From: Candidatus Scatocola faecigallinarum
GTDB lineage: Bacteria; Pseudomonadota; Alphaproteobacteria; RF32; CAG-239
Length of the DNA stretch: 64,000 nucleotides
Direction of reading: 5' to 3'
Assembly: GCA_018713605.1 (NCBI GenBank)
Contig: DVOM01000017.1
Location: 119-64,118 of the forward strand
Part shown: piece after piece, positions 19,202 to 29,290 of the stretch
Layout of the letters: each line of letters starts with the position of its first letter
Numbering within the stretch: position 1 is the stretch's first letter
Made by a program: the position numbers and the translations under genes
Notes under the pieces: generated by a model
What the model was told of the DNA's origin: nothing
Database searches by the model: none
The model's input: only the letters and a program-made list of their open reading frames with translations

Positions 19202-20134
19202 TCAGGGCAGATAAGCCGTCGGATTCAGAGCCTTTTTGCCTGAGCGGACCTCAAAATGCAGCTGCGGCGTGTTGACTCCGCCGGTAGAGCCGACTGTAGC
19301 GATTTTTTCGCCGCGGGCTACCCGTTGCCCTTTCTTTACAAACAGGCGGTCATTGTGGGCATAGGCGGTAATCCAGCCGTCGTCGTGCTTAATCAGAATC
19401 AGGTTGCCGAAACCTTTCAGTTCGTTGCCGGCATAAGCGACCGTGCCTTTGTCGGCTGCCTTGACGTTGGTACCGAGTGCGGCTTTGATGTTTATGCCGT
19501 CATTGGTGCGGCCTTTGCCGATGGTGCCGAAATGCGAAATGACTGTACCCTTAACCGGCCACAAAAATTTTGTCTTGCGGTATTTGGAAACGGGTTGTGC
19601 CTTGCTCCGGGAACTTCGGGCGGTTTTTTTGGCGGTTGTTTTGGCTGAAGAAGACGATTTCCAGCTCCAGCGGCTCGGCGTGGTTTTGGGCGTGGCCGCT
19701 TTGTATGAAGCCGTTTCCGTATTGCTCAGGCTGCCCGGCAGCACCAGCCGCTGGCCGATGGCAAGGGTGTAAGGCTCGTTCAGCCTGTTAATTCGGCTCA
19801 GCGAGCGCAGGTCGACGTCATATTTTTTTGATATGCTGTACAGGGTGTCGCCTTTGGCAACCGTATGGTATCTGGCTCCCGGCATTCTCAGCACGCGGCC
19901 GATGGTCAGCGTATAAGGCGGCGTCAGGCCGTTGGCTTCGACCAGGTCGCGTATCGGCACGTTGTAGCGGCGCGAAATGCTGTAGAGGGTGTCGCCTTTG
20001 CGGACGGTAACATAATCAGGGTGTGAATTGAACAAATCGCTGAAGTTAATCAGCCGGACTCCTCCCTGGTGAAAAGTGCACCCCGAGGCCAGCAATATCA
20101 GCGGCAGCAATATTATCCAAACTCTTTTGGCCAT
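19202..20134 (-). CDS. nlpD: LysM-LysM-M23 lipoprotein (NlpD-like)
   Basis: Lipobox LASGC, two KGDTLYSIS LysM domains, NDGINI, TAYAHN, LHFEVR. Confidence 0.88.
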   Translation of the reverse strand: MAKRVWIILLPLILLASGCTFHQGGVRLINFSDLFNSHPDYVTVRKGDTLYSISRRYNVPIRDLVEANGLTPPYTLTIGRVLRMPGARYHTVAKGDTLYSISKKYDVDLRSLSRINRLNEPYTLAIGQRLVLPGSLSNTETASYKAATPKTTPSRWSWKSSSSAKTTAKKTARSSRSKAQPVSKYRKTKFLWPVKGTVISHFGTIGKGRTNDGINIKAALGTNVKAADKGTVAYAGNELKGFGNLILIKHDDGWITAYAHNDRLFVKKGQRVARGEKIATVGSTGGVNTPQLHFEVRSGKKALNPTAYLP

Positions 20135-20206
20135 AAATTAACCTGAATAAATCGATTCTTCAGCCCCCAGTCTACCCGCAATACTTTAATTTTTTGTGAA
20201 CGGCTT

Positions 20207-20715
20207 TTATCTGAAGCGGCGGTAAGCAGTTTCCAAATCGGTCAAAAATCGAAAGTAGTCATATTTATAAATGTTGAAATAAAACCTTATGCAGGAGCCG
20301 AAAAGCTTGTCTTCTGCCAAAAAACAGAGCTTTTTCGGCAGGGGCTGCTTTTCCGGAAAATTGTTTGGTTTGCTTAGATACAGCGCGACGATGCCGGAAC
20401 GGATTTGGAAAGTTAAAACGCCCTTGTACGACATTTGCGTAAAACCGCAGATTTCATTCCAACGGAGTTCTGCGGAGCGAAAAGGACGATTCAGGATAAA
20501 ACCGTGTTTGCTGAGAAAAAAATACAGATTAGATGCAGCAAGGCCGCTGCGCCGAAAAATAGCCCCAAAACCGCACCGGTCAGAACATATCCGGAAATAA
20601 AGGGAAGGAAGCCCAAACCGAAACAGCAGGACAGATAAACCAGAAACCACCCCAGACATTTCGGCCGGCTGTAATAAATTTCAAGTTTTGTTTCCGGAAC
20701 CGCCTGTTTTTTCAT
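20207..20715 (-). pseudogene. hypothetical membrane protein split by a frameshift in a T7 tract
   Basis: ORF 20491-20715 (2 TM) joins the 20207 frame if the A-run at 20516-20522 were 8 long. Confidence 0.55.
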
Positions 20716-20718
20716 GTC

Positions 20719-21741
20719 TTAGTCCTTGCTGTCGGAGGATCTTATGCCGTAACGGTGGCTGCGCAGCGCGTTGCCGATGTGCCGGCGAACGCGGCCGAGC
20801 ATGTTGTCGGCAGTGTCGTTGAAGTTTTTGCGGTCAGTGTACGAAACGGCAATCATTTCGGCATTGTATTGGTCAATGTTCAGCCTGCGAATTTGCTCGA
20901 TGACCGATTTATAAAGCTTCTCCGCGCCTTTGGCCGCTTCTTCGCGGTTGCCGCGGCTGAAAATAATGCCGATTTTGGTCTTGTCGAAACGTCCGATATG
21001 GGTATCGGGGTTTTTGAATGTTGTGACGCAGTATCCCGCAGCGTTTTTCAGAATGGTGTCGCCGGTTTCAAAACTGATGCCCTTGTTGGCGAAGTCATAG
21101 ATGTCTTTCAATTCGATGACCAGCATGGCAAAGGGCTGGTTGTAACGTTTGGCGCGGTTGAAGTCGTGTTCCAGCCGTTGTGTAAAAGCCTCTTCGTTGA
21201 GAATGTCGCCGATTAAAAAATCGTGGCTGGCATAGGTGCTGAGTTTTTGTTTCCAGATTTTCGTTTCGGTAATGTCCTCGCAAAGGTAACTGATGCCGGT
21301 GCATTTGAGAATTTCGTTCAAAATCGGGCGTTTGCGGCAGCGGACGTTAAATGAGCTGCCGTCTTTTTTGAAGAGCAGGCCTTCTACGTTCAGCGTTGCC
21401 TGGTTTTTGATTAGCCGGTTAAGGTTCTCCTTCATTTTTTCGCGGCGGCTGTCCGTATCTTCAATCAGAGTGCCGGGCATCGGCTTGCCGATGAGCTCTT
21501 CCGCCTTAAAGCCGGTTTTTCGGAGCGTGGCGTCATTGACGTAGGTAATGTTGAAGTCAAGGTCGGTTTTGAAATAGATGTCGCCGTCGCCGGTTTCGTT
21601 GCTGGCGGTGGTGTGCCTGTCGTTTTCAACAATCATTTCCTTGAGACTGCGCCGGGTTTTGCTCCAGGCATAATGCAGATAAGCAATATAAGCCAGCAGA
21701 ACGATGCACAAAACCGACAGATAAATCATAACAAACCTCAA
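20719..21741 (-). CDS. TM-PAS-GGDEF-like protein with degenerate catalytic motif
   Basis: PAS (ITYVND...GFKAEELIGK, KKDGS); GGDEF replaced by GRFDKTKI. Confidence 0.75.
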   Translation of the reverse strand: MRFVMIYLSVLCIVLLAYIAYLHYAWSKTRRSLKEMIVENDRHTTASNETGDGDIYFKTDLDFNITYVNDATLRKTGFKAEELIGKPMPGTLIEDTDSRREKMKENLNRLIKNQATLNVEGLLFKKDGSSFNVRCRKRPILNEILKCTGISYLCEDITETKIWKQKLSTYASHDFLIGDILNEEAFTQRLEHDFNRAKRYNQPFAMLVIELKDIYDFANKGISFETGDTILKNAAGYCVTTFKNPDTHIGRFDKTKIGIIFSRGNREEAAKGAEKLYKSVIEQIRRLNIDQYNAEMIAVSYTDRKNFNDTADNMLGRVRRHIGNALRSHRYGIRSSDSKD

Positions 21742-21857
21742 ACTGGTGGAGCCATATCGGCGATTATATCCATAAAAGCTAAAGATTCGTTAAATAGAGG
21801 TTGCAATTTGACTTTAAAAACCTTAATTTTAGGAACAGATTATGGAGATTTTAGAGT

Positions 21858-23306
21858 ATGGTTAAGGAAAAACCGGAAATCGCCGACGAAAGCGGCGATA
21901 AGTATAAATACGGCTTTGTAACCGATATTGCCGCCGATACGGCTCCCAAAGGACTGAATGAAGATATTATTCGGTTGATTTCGCGCAAAAAAGGCGAACC
22001 GGAATGGTTGCTGGAATGGCGGCTGAAAGCCTTTGAGTTTTGGCAGACGATGACCGAGCCTTCCTGGGCCAAACTTTCTTATGAAAAGATTGATTATCAG
22101 GATTTGTATTATTACTCGGCGCCTAAACAGAAAGCCGCGCCGAAAAGTCTGGACGAAGTCGACGCCGAACTTTTAAAAACTTACGAAAAGCTGGGTATTC
22201 CGCTGAAAGAGCAGGAAGCGCTGGCCGGCGTCGTTGCGGTCGACGCGGTTTTTGACAGCGTTTCCGTCGCCACCACTTATCGCGCCAAATTGGCCGAAAT
22301 GGGCATTGTCTTCTGTTCAATCTCCGAAGCCGTAAAAGAACATCCGGAACTGGTAAGAAAGTATCTCGGCTCGGTCGTGCCTTATACCGACAATTTTTTC
22401 GCCTGTCTTAATTCCGCGGTCTTTACCGACGGCTCTTTTGTGTATATTCCCAAAGGCGTCCGCTGCCCGATGGAACTTTCGACCTATTTCCGCATTAACG
22501 CCAGGAACACCGGGCAGTTTGAGCGTACGCTGATTGTTGCCGAAGAAGACAGTTATGTGTCTTATCTGGAAGGCTGCACCGCGCCGCAGCGCGATGAAAA
22601 CCAGCTCCATGCCGCCATTGTCGAAATCGTGGTGCTGAAGAATGCCGAAGTCAAATATTCCACCGTGCAGAACTGGTATCCGGGCGACAGGGACGGCAAG
22701 GGCGGCGTTTACAACTTTGTAACCAAACGCGCGGCCTGCCGCGGCGAAAATTCGAAAATCTCCTGGACCCAGGTGGAAACCGGTTCGGCCGTAACCTGGA
22801 AATATCCGTCCTGCGTGTTGCAGGGCGACAATTCGGTCGGCGAGTTCTACTCGGTGGCCATTACCAATAACAGGCAGCAGGCCGATACCGGAACCAAGAT
22901 GATTCACATTGGCAAAAACACCACTTCCAAAATCATTTCCAAAGGCATTTCGGCCGGTTGTTCCAATCAGACCTACCGCGGTTTGGTCCGGGTGGCGCCG
23001 AATGCCCGCGGTGCGCGCAACTATTCGCAGTGCGACAGCCTGCTGATTGGCAAAAATTGCGGTTCGCACACTGTGCCCTATATTGAAAACCGCAGCAAAA
23101 CCGCGGTTGTCGAACATGAGGCCACCACCAGCAAAATCAGCGACGAACAGCTGTTTTACTGCCTGCAGCGCGGCATCGGCGAAGAGGAAGCTGTCAGCCT
23201 GATTGTTAATGGCTTTTGCAAGGAGGTTATGCAGCATCTGCCGATGGAGTTTGCGATAGAAGCGGCCAAGCTGATTAACATTTCGCTGGAAGGGAGTGTC
23301 GGTTGA
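21858..23306 (+). CDS. sufB: Fe-S cluster assembly protein SufB
   Basis: [43 protein letters not shown]. Confidence 0.98.
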   Translation: MVKEKPEIADESGDKYKYGFVTDIAADTAPKGLNEDIIRLISRKKGEPEWLLEWRLKAFEFWQTMTEPSWAKLSYEKIDYQDLYYYSAPKQKAAPKSLDEVDAELLKTYEKLGIPLKEQEALAGVVAVDAVFDSVSVATTYRAKLAEMGIVFCSISEAVKEHPELVRKYLGSVVPYTDNFFACLNSAVFTDGSFVYIPKGVRCPMELSTYFRINARNTGQFERTLIVAEEDSYVSYLEGCTAPQRDENQLHAAIVEIVVLKNAEVKYSTVQNWYPGDRDGKGGVYNFVTKRAACRGENSKISWTQVETGSAVTWKYPSCVLQGDNSVGEFYSVAITNNRQQADTGTKMIHIGKNTTSKIISKGISAGCSNQTYRGLVRVAPNARGARNYSQCDSLLIGKNCGSHTVPYIENRSKTAVVEHEATTSKISDEQLFYCLQRGIGEEEAVSLIVNGFCKEVMQHLPMEFAIEAAKLINISLEGSVG

Positions 23307-23590
23307 TGACGGCTCCGGTTTTGAAACGCGCCCTGCAAACTTGGGGAGGACAGGCGCAGATGTTGATGGTCGTTGAGGAAATGTCCGAGCTGACCAAGGA
23401 GATTCTTAAAAATGTCAACCGCGGAAAAGACAACGTCGCGGCCATTGTTGAAGAAACCGCCGATGTTGAGATTATGCTCGAGCAGCTTAAGGAAAATTAC
23501 GGCATCGCCGACCGGGTTGCCGTTTATAAGGCTGAAAAGCTGAAACTGATAGAACGCCGCTTGAACGAATTGGATAAAAAGACAGTATAA
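23306..23590 (+). CDS. MazG-like all-alpha NTP pyrophosphohydrolase
   Basis: EEMSEL...EETADV acidic helices; TGATG overlap with sufB. Confidence 0.75.
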   Translation: MTAPVLKRALQTWGGQAQMLMVVEEMSELTKEILKNVNRGKDNVAAIVEETADVEIMLEQLKENYGIADRVAVYKAEKLKLIERRLNELDKKTV

Positions 23591-23603
23591 GAAAGAACAG
23601 AAA

Positions 23604-24365
23604 ATGACGAAAACACCGCTATTGGAAATTGAAGACCTTTGCGCCCGCGTCGGCGACAGGGAAATTATCAAGAACTTCAACCTTACCGTCAACGAGGGCG
23701 AGGTGCATGCCGTTATGGGGCCGAACGGTGCCGGAAAATCGACGCTTTCTTATGTTTTGACCGGCAAACCCGGATATGAGGTTACTTCCGGAAAAATCCG
23801 TTTCAGAGGCAAAGATTTGCTGTCCATGTCGCCGGAAGAGCGTGCCCGCGAAGGCATTTTCCTTTGCATGCAATATCCGGTCGAGATTCCCGGCGTGCCG
23901 ACGACCACCTTTTTGAAGCACGCGGTCAATGCCGTGCGCAAACATCGCGGCGAGCCTGAACTGGATACGCTGAACTTTGTCAAAATGGTGCGTGAAGAGG
24001 GCAAGGCGCTGGGCATAGACAACGAGATGATTAAGCGTCCGGTAAACGTCGGCTTTTCCGGCGGCGAGAAAAAAAGGCTCGAAACGCTGCAAATGTCGAT
24101 TCTCAAACCCGATTTTTCGATTCTTGACGAAGCCGATTCCGGTCTGGACATCGACGCGCTCAAAGTCGTGGCCGACGGTGTCAACGCGCTGCGGGACGGC
24201 CGCCGTTCCATGCTGGTTATCACGCATTATCAGCGCCTGCTGAACTATATTGTGCCCGACTTCGTCCACGTCTTTGCCGACGGACATATCGTCCGTTCCG
24301 GTGACAGAAATCTGGCGCTGAAATTGGAAGAAAAAGGTTATGCCGAATTTGTGAAAGAGAAGTAA
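23604..24365 (+). CDS. sufC: Fe-S assembly ATPase SufC
   Basis: GPNGAGKST, QYPVEIPGV, GFSGGEKKR, ITHYQRLL. Confidence 0.98.
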   Translation: MTKTPLLEIEDLCARVGDREIIKNFNLTVNEGEVHAVMGPNGAGKSTLSYVLTGKPGYEVTSGKIRFRGKDLLSMSPEERAREGIFLCMQYPVEIPGVPTTTFLKHAVNAVRKHRGEPELDTLNFVKMVREEGKALGIDNEMIKRPVNVGFSGGEKKRLETLQMSILKPDFSILDEADSGLDIDALKVVADGVNALRDGRRSMLVITHYQRLLNYIVPDFVHVFADGHIVRSGDRNLALKLEEKGYAEFVKEK

Positions 24366-24366
24366 A

Positions 24367-25761
24367 ATGGCCGGTCTGATACAAAACGTAAAGCTTTTCG
24401 GCGAAGATATTCCCTGGTTTCAGGGGCTGCGGGACAAAGGGCTGGAAGCCTTTCGCCGTCAGGGGGTGCCGACGGCTAAAACCGAAGCCTGGAAATATAC
24501 CAAACCGCGTGATTTGAATGCCGACGACTTTGTCATGAACGAGTCGAATTTTCTGGCCGAACTGTCCGAAACGGCTGCTGCCGGTGCTGACGCCCAATGC
24601 GGGAAAAATCATCATTGCAATGGGCACGACTGTCACTGCCGGCGCGGCGAAGACTGCGCGTCCGGCTGTCATTGTCATGAAGAAGGTTGCCGTTGCGGCG
24701 AGGAAATAGATGTCCATGTCGATTTGCCCTTCGATGGCTATCAGCTGCATTTTCTGAACGGACAGTTTATTCCCGTCTATCCGGTGTTGCCCCGGGGCAT
24801 TGAAATTATGACGCTTATGGAAGCGGTCGTTGCGCAGGAGGCCAAGCCGTATCTCGGTCGGTTGGTCGATATGGAGCATTATCCGTTTGCGGCGCTGAAT
24901 ACGGCTTATATGGAAGAGGGCGTTTATATCCGCATCGACCGGAACGTCAAACTGGATAAACCGGTTATTCTGGTCAACCATACGAGCGTCGGTGCCGAAA
25001 ACCTGTTTTACAATCTTCGCAATCTGATAGTGCTCGAAAGCGGTGCCAAAGCCGAATTAATCGAATGGTATAATTATGCCGGTGCCGAAAAGTCGCGTTA
25101 TTTTGCCAATGTTGTCAACGAAGTCTTTGTTGAACGCGGAGCCGAATTCCGTCACTGTAAAATGCAGGACGAAGCCTTTAAGGCTAACCATGTCGCGCTG
25201 AATATGGTCCGCGTCAGAAGCGGCGGCTTTTATGATGCCTTTTGTTTGCAGCGCGGCGCCAACATCGGCCGTAACGAAACCAAGGTTCTGCTTAAAGAAG
25301 AGCAGGCTTCCGCCGAAGTCAACGCCGCTTATGTCATGCATGGCTGGGCAACGCTGGATACCACCACCGACATTGAACATCTGGCGCCGGAAACTTTTTC
25401 GCACCAGTTGGTCAAGGGCGTGGTCGGCGGCGACGCCAAGGGCGTTTTTCAGGGCAAGATTCATATTGCCAAACATGCGGTCAAAACCGAAGGCACGCAG
25501 CTGCACAAGGCGCTGTTGCTGACGGATACGGCCGAAATCGACGTTAAGCCGGAACTGGAAATTTTCGCCGACGATGTCAGGTGTTCGCACGGCGCCGCCA
25601 GCGGCGAACTCGACGAGGAAACCCTGTTTTATATGCAGTCGCGCGGTATCGGCCGGGAAGAAGCCAAACAGATTTTGATTGACGCCTATCTTGACGACGT
25701 TGTTAACAAGGTTGCGGACGCGGCGGTTCGCGAATGGTTCCGCGAGCGGGCAAGGGCGTAA
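24367..25761 (+). CDS. sufD: Fe-S assembly protein SufD
   Basis: EAWKYT, FAALN, KPELEIFADDVRCSHGA, FYMQSRGI. Confidence 0.95.
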   Translation: MAGLIQNVKLFGEDIPWFQGLRDKGLEAFRRQGVPTAKTEAWKYTKPRDLNADDFVMNESNFLAELSETAAAGADAQCGKNHHCNGHDCHCRRGEDCASGCHCHEEGCRCGEEIDVHVDLPFDGYQLHFLNGQFIPVYPVLPRGIEIMTLMEAVVAQEAKPYLGRLVDMEHYPFAALNTAYMEEGVYIRIDRNVKLDKPVILVNHTSVGAENLFYNLRNLIVLESGAKAELIEWYNYAGAEKSRYFANVVNEVFVERGAEFRHCKMQDEAFKANHVALNMVRVRSGGFYDAFCLQRGANIGRNETKVLLKEEQASAEVNAAYVMHGWATLDTTTDIEHLAPETFSHQLVKGVVGGDAKGVFQGKIHIAKHAVKTEGTQLHKALLLTDTAEIDVKPELEIFADDVRCSHGAASGELDEETLFYMQSRGIGREEAKQILIDAYLDDVVNKVADAAVREWFRERARA

Positions 25762-25838
25762 TATCCGAAGTGTTAAGTTGAAGAAAGGCTTCCCGAAATC
25801 TACATTAAAACGGTAGAAATGGGAGCGGGAGCAAAAAG

Positions 25839-27053
25839 ATGTATGATGTTTATGAAATACGCAAAGATTTTCCGATATTAAGCGAACTGATTAACGGCAA
25901 ACCGAACACGTTTCTCGATACCGCCGCTTCGGCGCAGAAACCGCGGCAGGTTATCGAAAAAATGAACGAGGTTTATTTCGGGCAGTATGCCAACGTGCAC
26001 CGCGGTTCTTATTATCTGTCCGAGCAGGCGACCGCGGAATATGAAAATGCGCGCCGCATTGCTGCGGATTTCATCAATGCCGCTTCGGAGAAGGAAATTG
26101 TTTTTACCCGCAACGCCACCGAGTCGATTAATCTGGTTGCCGCCTGCTGGGGACGCAAAAACTTAAAGCCCGGCGACGAAGTTCTGATTTCCGAAGCGGA
26201 ACATCACGCCAATCTGGTGCCCTGGCAGATGTTGCGCGACGAACTCGGTTTCACGCTCAAAATTTTTAAGATGGGCGATGACGGCAGCTATATCCATGAA
26301 GAGTTTTTAGATAACCTGACGGATAAAACCAAACTGGTTTCCGTAACCGGAATGTCCAATATTCTCGGCACGGTGCTGCCCGTAAGGGAAATTACCGCTG
26401 CGGCGCATGCCAAAGGCGCGCTGGTTCTGGTCGATGCCTGCCAGATGATTGTGCATCAGAAGGTCGATGTCCGGGACATCGGCTGCGATTTTCTGGTCTT
26501 TTCCGGTCATAAAACCTATGGTCCCTCCGGCATCGGCGTTTTGTACGGCAGATACGAAATCCTTGATTCTATGCCGCCTTATCAGTTTGGCGGCGATATG
26601 GTCGATACGGTTTCCTATCAGCATACCACTTTTGAAGAACCGCCGGCACGCTTTGAGGCCGGAACGCCGGCCATCGTGCAGGCCGTCGGACTGGGCAGGG
26701 CCTTGCAGTATATGTCGGATTTGGGCATGGATAACATTGAAGCGCATGAAGTGGAATTGGTTAAATATACCAATGAGCGGCTCAAGGAGGTCAAAGGCCT
26801 GAAAGTTATCGGCAACGCTGAAAACAAGGGCGGCGTCTTTTCGTTTAACGTCGAGGGAATTCATCCGCAGGATTTGGCTTTTATTCTCGACAAGGAGGGC
26901 GTTTCCGTACGCACCGGACACCATTGCGCCGAACCGCTGGTGCACCGCATGGGATTTGAGTCGGTTGCCCGCGCTTCGCTGGGCTTGTATTCGACCGAAG
27001 AAGACATTGATAATTTTGTAAAGGCTTTGAACAAGGCCGTGACTTTTTTCTGA
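25839..27053 (+). CDS. sufS: cysteine desulfurase SufS
   Basis: LDTAASAQKP, EHHAN, FSGHKTYGP, RTGHHCA. Confidence 0.97.
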   Translation: MYDVYEIRKDFPILSELINGKPNTFLDTAASAQKPRQVIEKMNEVYFGQYANVHRGSYYLSEQATAEYENARRIAADFINAASEKEIVFTRNATESINLVAACWGRKNLKPGDEVLISEAEHHANLVPWQMLRDELGFTLKIFKMGDDGSYIHEEFLDNLTDKTKLVSVTGMSNILGTVLPVREITAAAHAKGALVLVDACQMIVHQKVDVRDIGCDFLVFSGHKTYGPSGIGVLYGRYEILDSMPPYQFGGDMVDTVSYQHTTFEEPPARFEAGTPAIVQAVGLGRALQYMSDLGMDNIEAHEVELVKYTNERLKEVKGLKVIGNAENKGGVFSFNVEGIHPQDLAFILDKEGVSVRTGHHCAEPLVHRMGFESVARASLGLYSTEEDIDNFVKALNKAVTFF

Positions 27054-27065
27054 GGAACTACGCAG

Positions 27066-27515
27066 ATGTCGGAAACAGATGATAAGAAATTGGACGAACA
27101 AATCGAAAAAATCAATCAAACCGAGGCGGACTTGCTGCGGGCAATGGAAATTCAGGAACAGATGAAGGATTTTGTCGCCACGGCCGGGCAATCCAAACCC
27201 GCTGACGAAAAAACCGCTTCCGAAGCCGACGTTGTTGAAGCGCTTAAGACCGTCTGCGACCCGGAAATCATGATAAACGTCTATGATATGGGGCTGATTT
27301 ATAATATCGAAATCCGCGATAACGGCGACGTGTTTATCGCCATGACCCTGACCGCGCCCGGCTGTCCGGTCGCCGGCATTCTGCCTCAGCAGGTTGCCGA
27401 CGCGGTTGCCTTGGTTGAGGGAACAGGCAAGGTTGAAGTTCGCATTGTCTGGGAACCGGCCTGGACAATGGAGCGCTTGTCAGACGACGCCCGCGCTATG
27501 ATAGAATTGTTCTGA
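27066..27515 (+). CDS. sufT: SUF system DUF59 protein (SufT-like)
   Basis: DPEI..NVYDMGLIY, MTLTAPGCP, VWEPAW. Confidence 0.9.
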   Translation: MSETDDKKLDEQIEKINQTEADLLRAMEIQEQMKDFVATAGQSKPADEKTASEADVVEALKTVCDPEIMINVYDMGLIYNIEIRDNGDVFIAMTLTAPGCPVAGILPQQVADAVALVEGTGKVEVRIVWEPAWTMERLSDDARAMIELF

Positions 27516-27550
27516 AACAAAGCCCCTCAAAAGAGGGGCTTTGTTTCTTT

Positions 27551-27577
27551 GTCATGTTCGGGCTTGACCCGGACATC
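27551..27577. repeat. single GTCA-type REP half unit
   Basis: GTCATGTTCGGGCTTGACCCGGACATC, close to the 15705 and 15813 units. Confidence 0.8.
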
Positions 27578-27696
27578 TAAAGATACAAGGCACGGTCTCA
27601 CGATATGCACACAGAAAGCAACGCGCTTCAACAAAGGCTCGCGCCGCAGCCAGTGAGCGCTCAAGGGCGTCCCCTTGTCAAGCTGGCAACAGCTTG

Positions 27697-28416
27697 TCAG
27701 CAGACGCGGGCGACGGTCAGAGTGTCAACGGATTTGACGCCGGCTTTTTTCATGGCCAAGGCACATTCTTTAAGAGTCGATCCGGTTGTCATAACATCGT
27801 CAATCAATACGATGCGTTTGTTTTTAAGGCGTTCCGGGTGCCGGACGCTGAAAGCGTTTTTAACATTGGAAATTCGGGCGTGACCGCTGAACTGCACTTG
27901 CGGTTTGGTGCGGCGGTGGCGAATGACGGACGTATAATCTACTTTTATGCCGGTCAGCTTGCCAAGTTCGCGTGCGATTAGCGCCGATTGGTTGTAGCGC
28001 CTTTTCAAAAGGCGCGTAAAATGCAGCGGTACGGGAACAATCAGGTCGACGCCTTCTTTGAAGATATCTGTGCCGGCCAGTTTGAGCCATTTGGCAAAAA
28101 CCGGGGCGTTTTCGGTCTTGTCCATAAATTTGAAGGACAAAAGCATTTTTTTTGAAAACTCGTCATAACGCAAAGCCGAACGACTGAGCCGGAAAGGCGT
28201 TCTGGTCTTGCGCAGGCAGGTGCCGCAAAGCATCTGCCGCCCGTCGGGCACCTCGTCAAACGGATGTCCGCATTTGGCGCAATAGGGCTTGGTAATAAAG
28301 CTGACCTCGTTAAAACATTCGGCGCACAGCCCGTCAGCGCCGCTGACAATTTTGCCGCAGCAAATGCAGCGCGGCGGCAACAGGAGGTCGATAATCCGGG
28401 ACAGAAAGCTAGTCAT
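27697..28416 (-). CDS. comF: ComF family double zinc-ribbon phosphoribosyltransferase-like protein
   Basis: PPRC..C, C..C, PVPLH..R...R.YNQS, LIDDVMTTGST. Confidence 0.92.
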   Translation of the reverse strand: MTSFLSRIIDLLLPPRCICCGKIVSGADGLCAECFNEVSFITKPYCAKCGHPFDEVPDGRQMLCGTCLRKTRTPFRLSRSALRYDEFSKKMLLSFKFMDKTENAPVFAKWLKLAGTDIFKEGVDLIVPVPLHFTRLLKRRYNQSALIARELGKLTGIKVDYTSVIRHRRTKPQVQFSGHARISNVKNAFSVRHPERLKNKRIVLIDDVMTTGSTLKECALAMKKAGVKSVDTLTVARVC

Positions 28417-29290
28417 GAGCGGGAAAAAGTTTCATCAGCTCGGCATGAATGTTGTTGATTTTATTGACGACGATAATTCCTGCGTCGCTCATGGCGTCCT
28501 GCTTGTCCTGCGCGGTAACGTGCCCTTTGGTAATCACGTCGCCGGCGTATCCCATTTTGTGCCCGAAAGGCACGGCGTTTCCCGCGACAAAACCGACCAC
28601 CGGTTTTTTTACTTTCAGATTTTTGTAATATTTGGCGCAGACTTCTTCATAAGTGCCGCCCAGCTGTCCGATGACGACGACGGCATCGGTGTCCGGGTCG
28701 TTCATAAACTTTTCGAGCGTTTCGACAAAGTCAATGCCGATGAGCATATCGTCGCCCAGGCCGATGACCGTGGATTGTCCCAGCCCGGCACGGTTGGTTT
28801 CAATGACTGCTTCATAGGTAAGGGTTGATGAGCGCGAAACGACGCCGATACGACCCGGACGGTGAATGTTTTCCGGAAAAATGCCCAGCCGTGCTTCGCT
28901 GGGCGTAATGATGCCCGGTGTATTGGGGCCGATGAGCTTGGTTTTGCCACCGCGCAGCATTTCCTTGATTTCAAGCATGTCTTTAATCGGCACGCCATCG
29001 GCAATGCAGACGCAAAGGTCAAGTTCGGCTTCCGCTGCCTCGCGTACCGCGTCCTTAACGAATTTGGCCGGAACATACATGACTGAAGCGTTGGCGCCGG
29101 TTTCTCCGATTGCTTCACGCACCGTGTCAAAAACCGGCACGTCCAGATGCACGCTGCCGCCTTTGCCCGGAGTAACGCCGGCGACGACATTGGTGCCGTA
29201 GTCCATGGAGCGCTTGACGTGGAAAGACGCTTGCGTACCGGTAATACCCTGAATCAGCACTTTTGATTCTTTGTTGACCAAAATGGACAT
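28409..29290 (-). CDS. sucD: succinyl-CoA synthetase alpha subunit homolog (catalytic His replaced)
   Basis: QGITG, GVTPGKGG, IGPN.PG, SRS.TLTYE; MGYAG in place of MGHAG. Confidence 0.85.
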   Translation of the reverse strand: MSILVNKESKVLIQGITGTQASFHVKRSMDYGTNVVAGVTPGKGGSVHLDVPVFDTVREAIGETGANASVMYVPAKFVKDAVREAAEAELDLCVCIADGVPIKDMLEIKEMLRGGKTKLIGPNTPGIITPSEARLGIFPENIHRPGRIGVVSRSSTLTYEAVIETNRAGLGQSTVIGLGDDMLIGIDFVETLEKFMNDPDTDAVVVIGQLGGTYEEVCAKYYKNLKVKKPVVGFVAGNAVPFGHKMGYAGDVITKGHVTAQDKQDAMSDAGIIVVNKINNIHAELMKLFPAHD

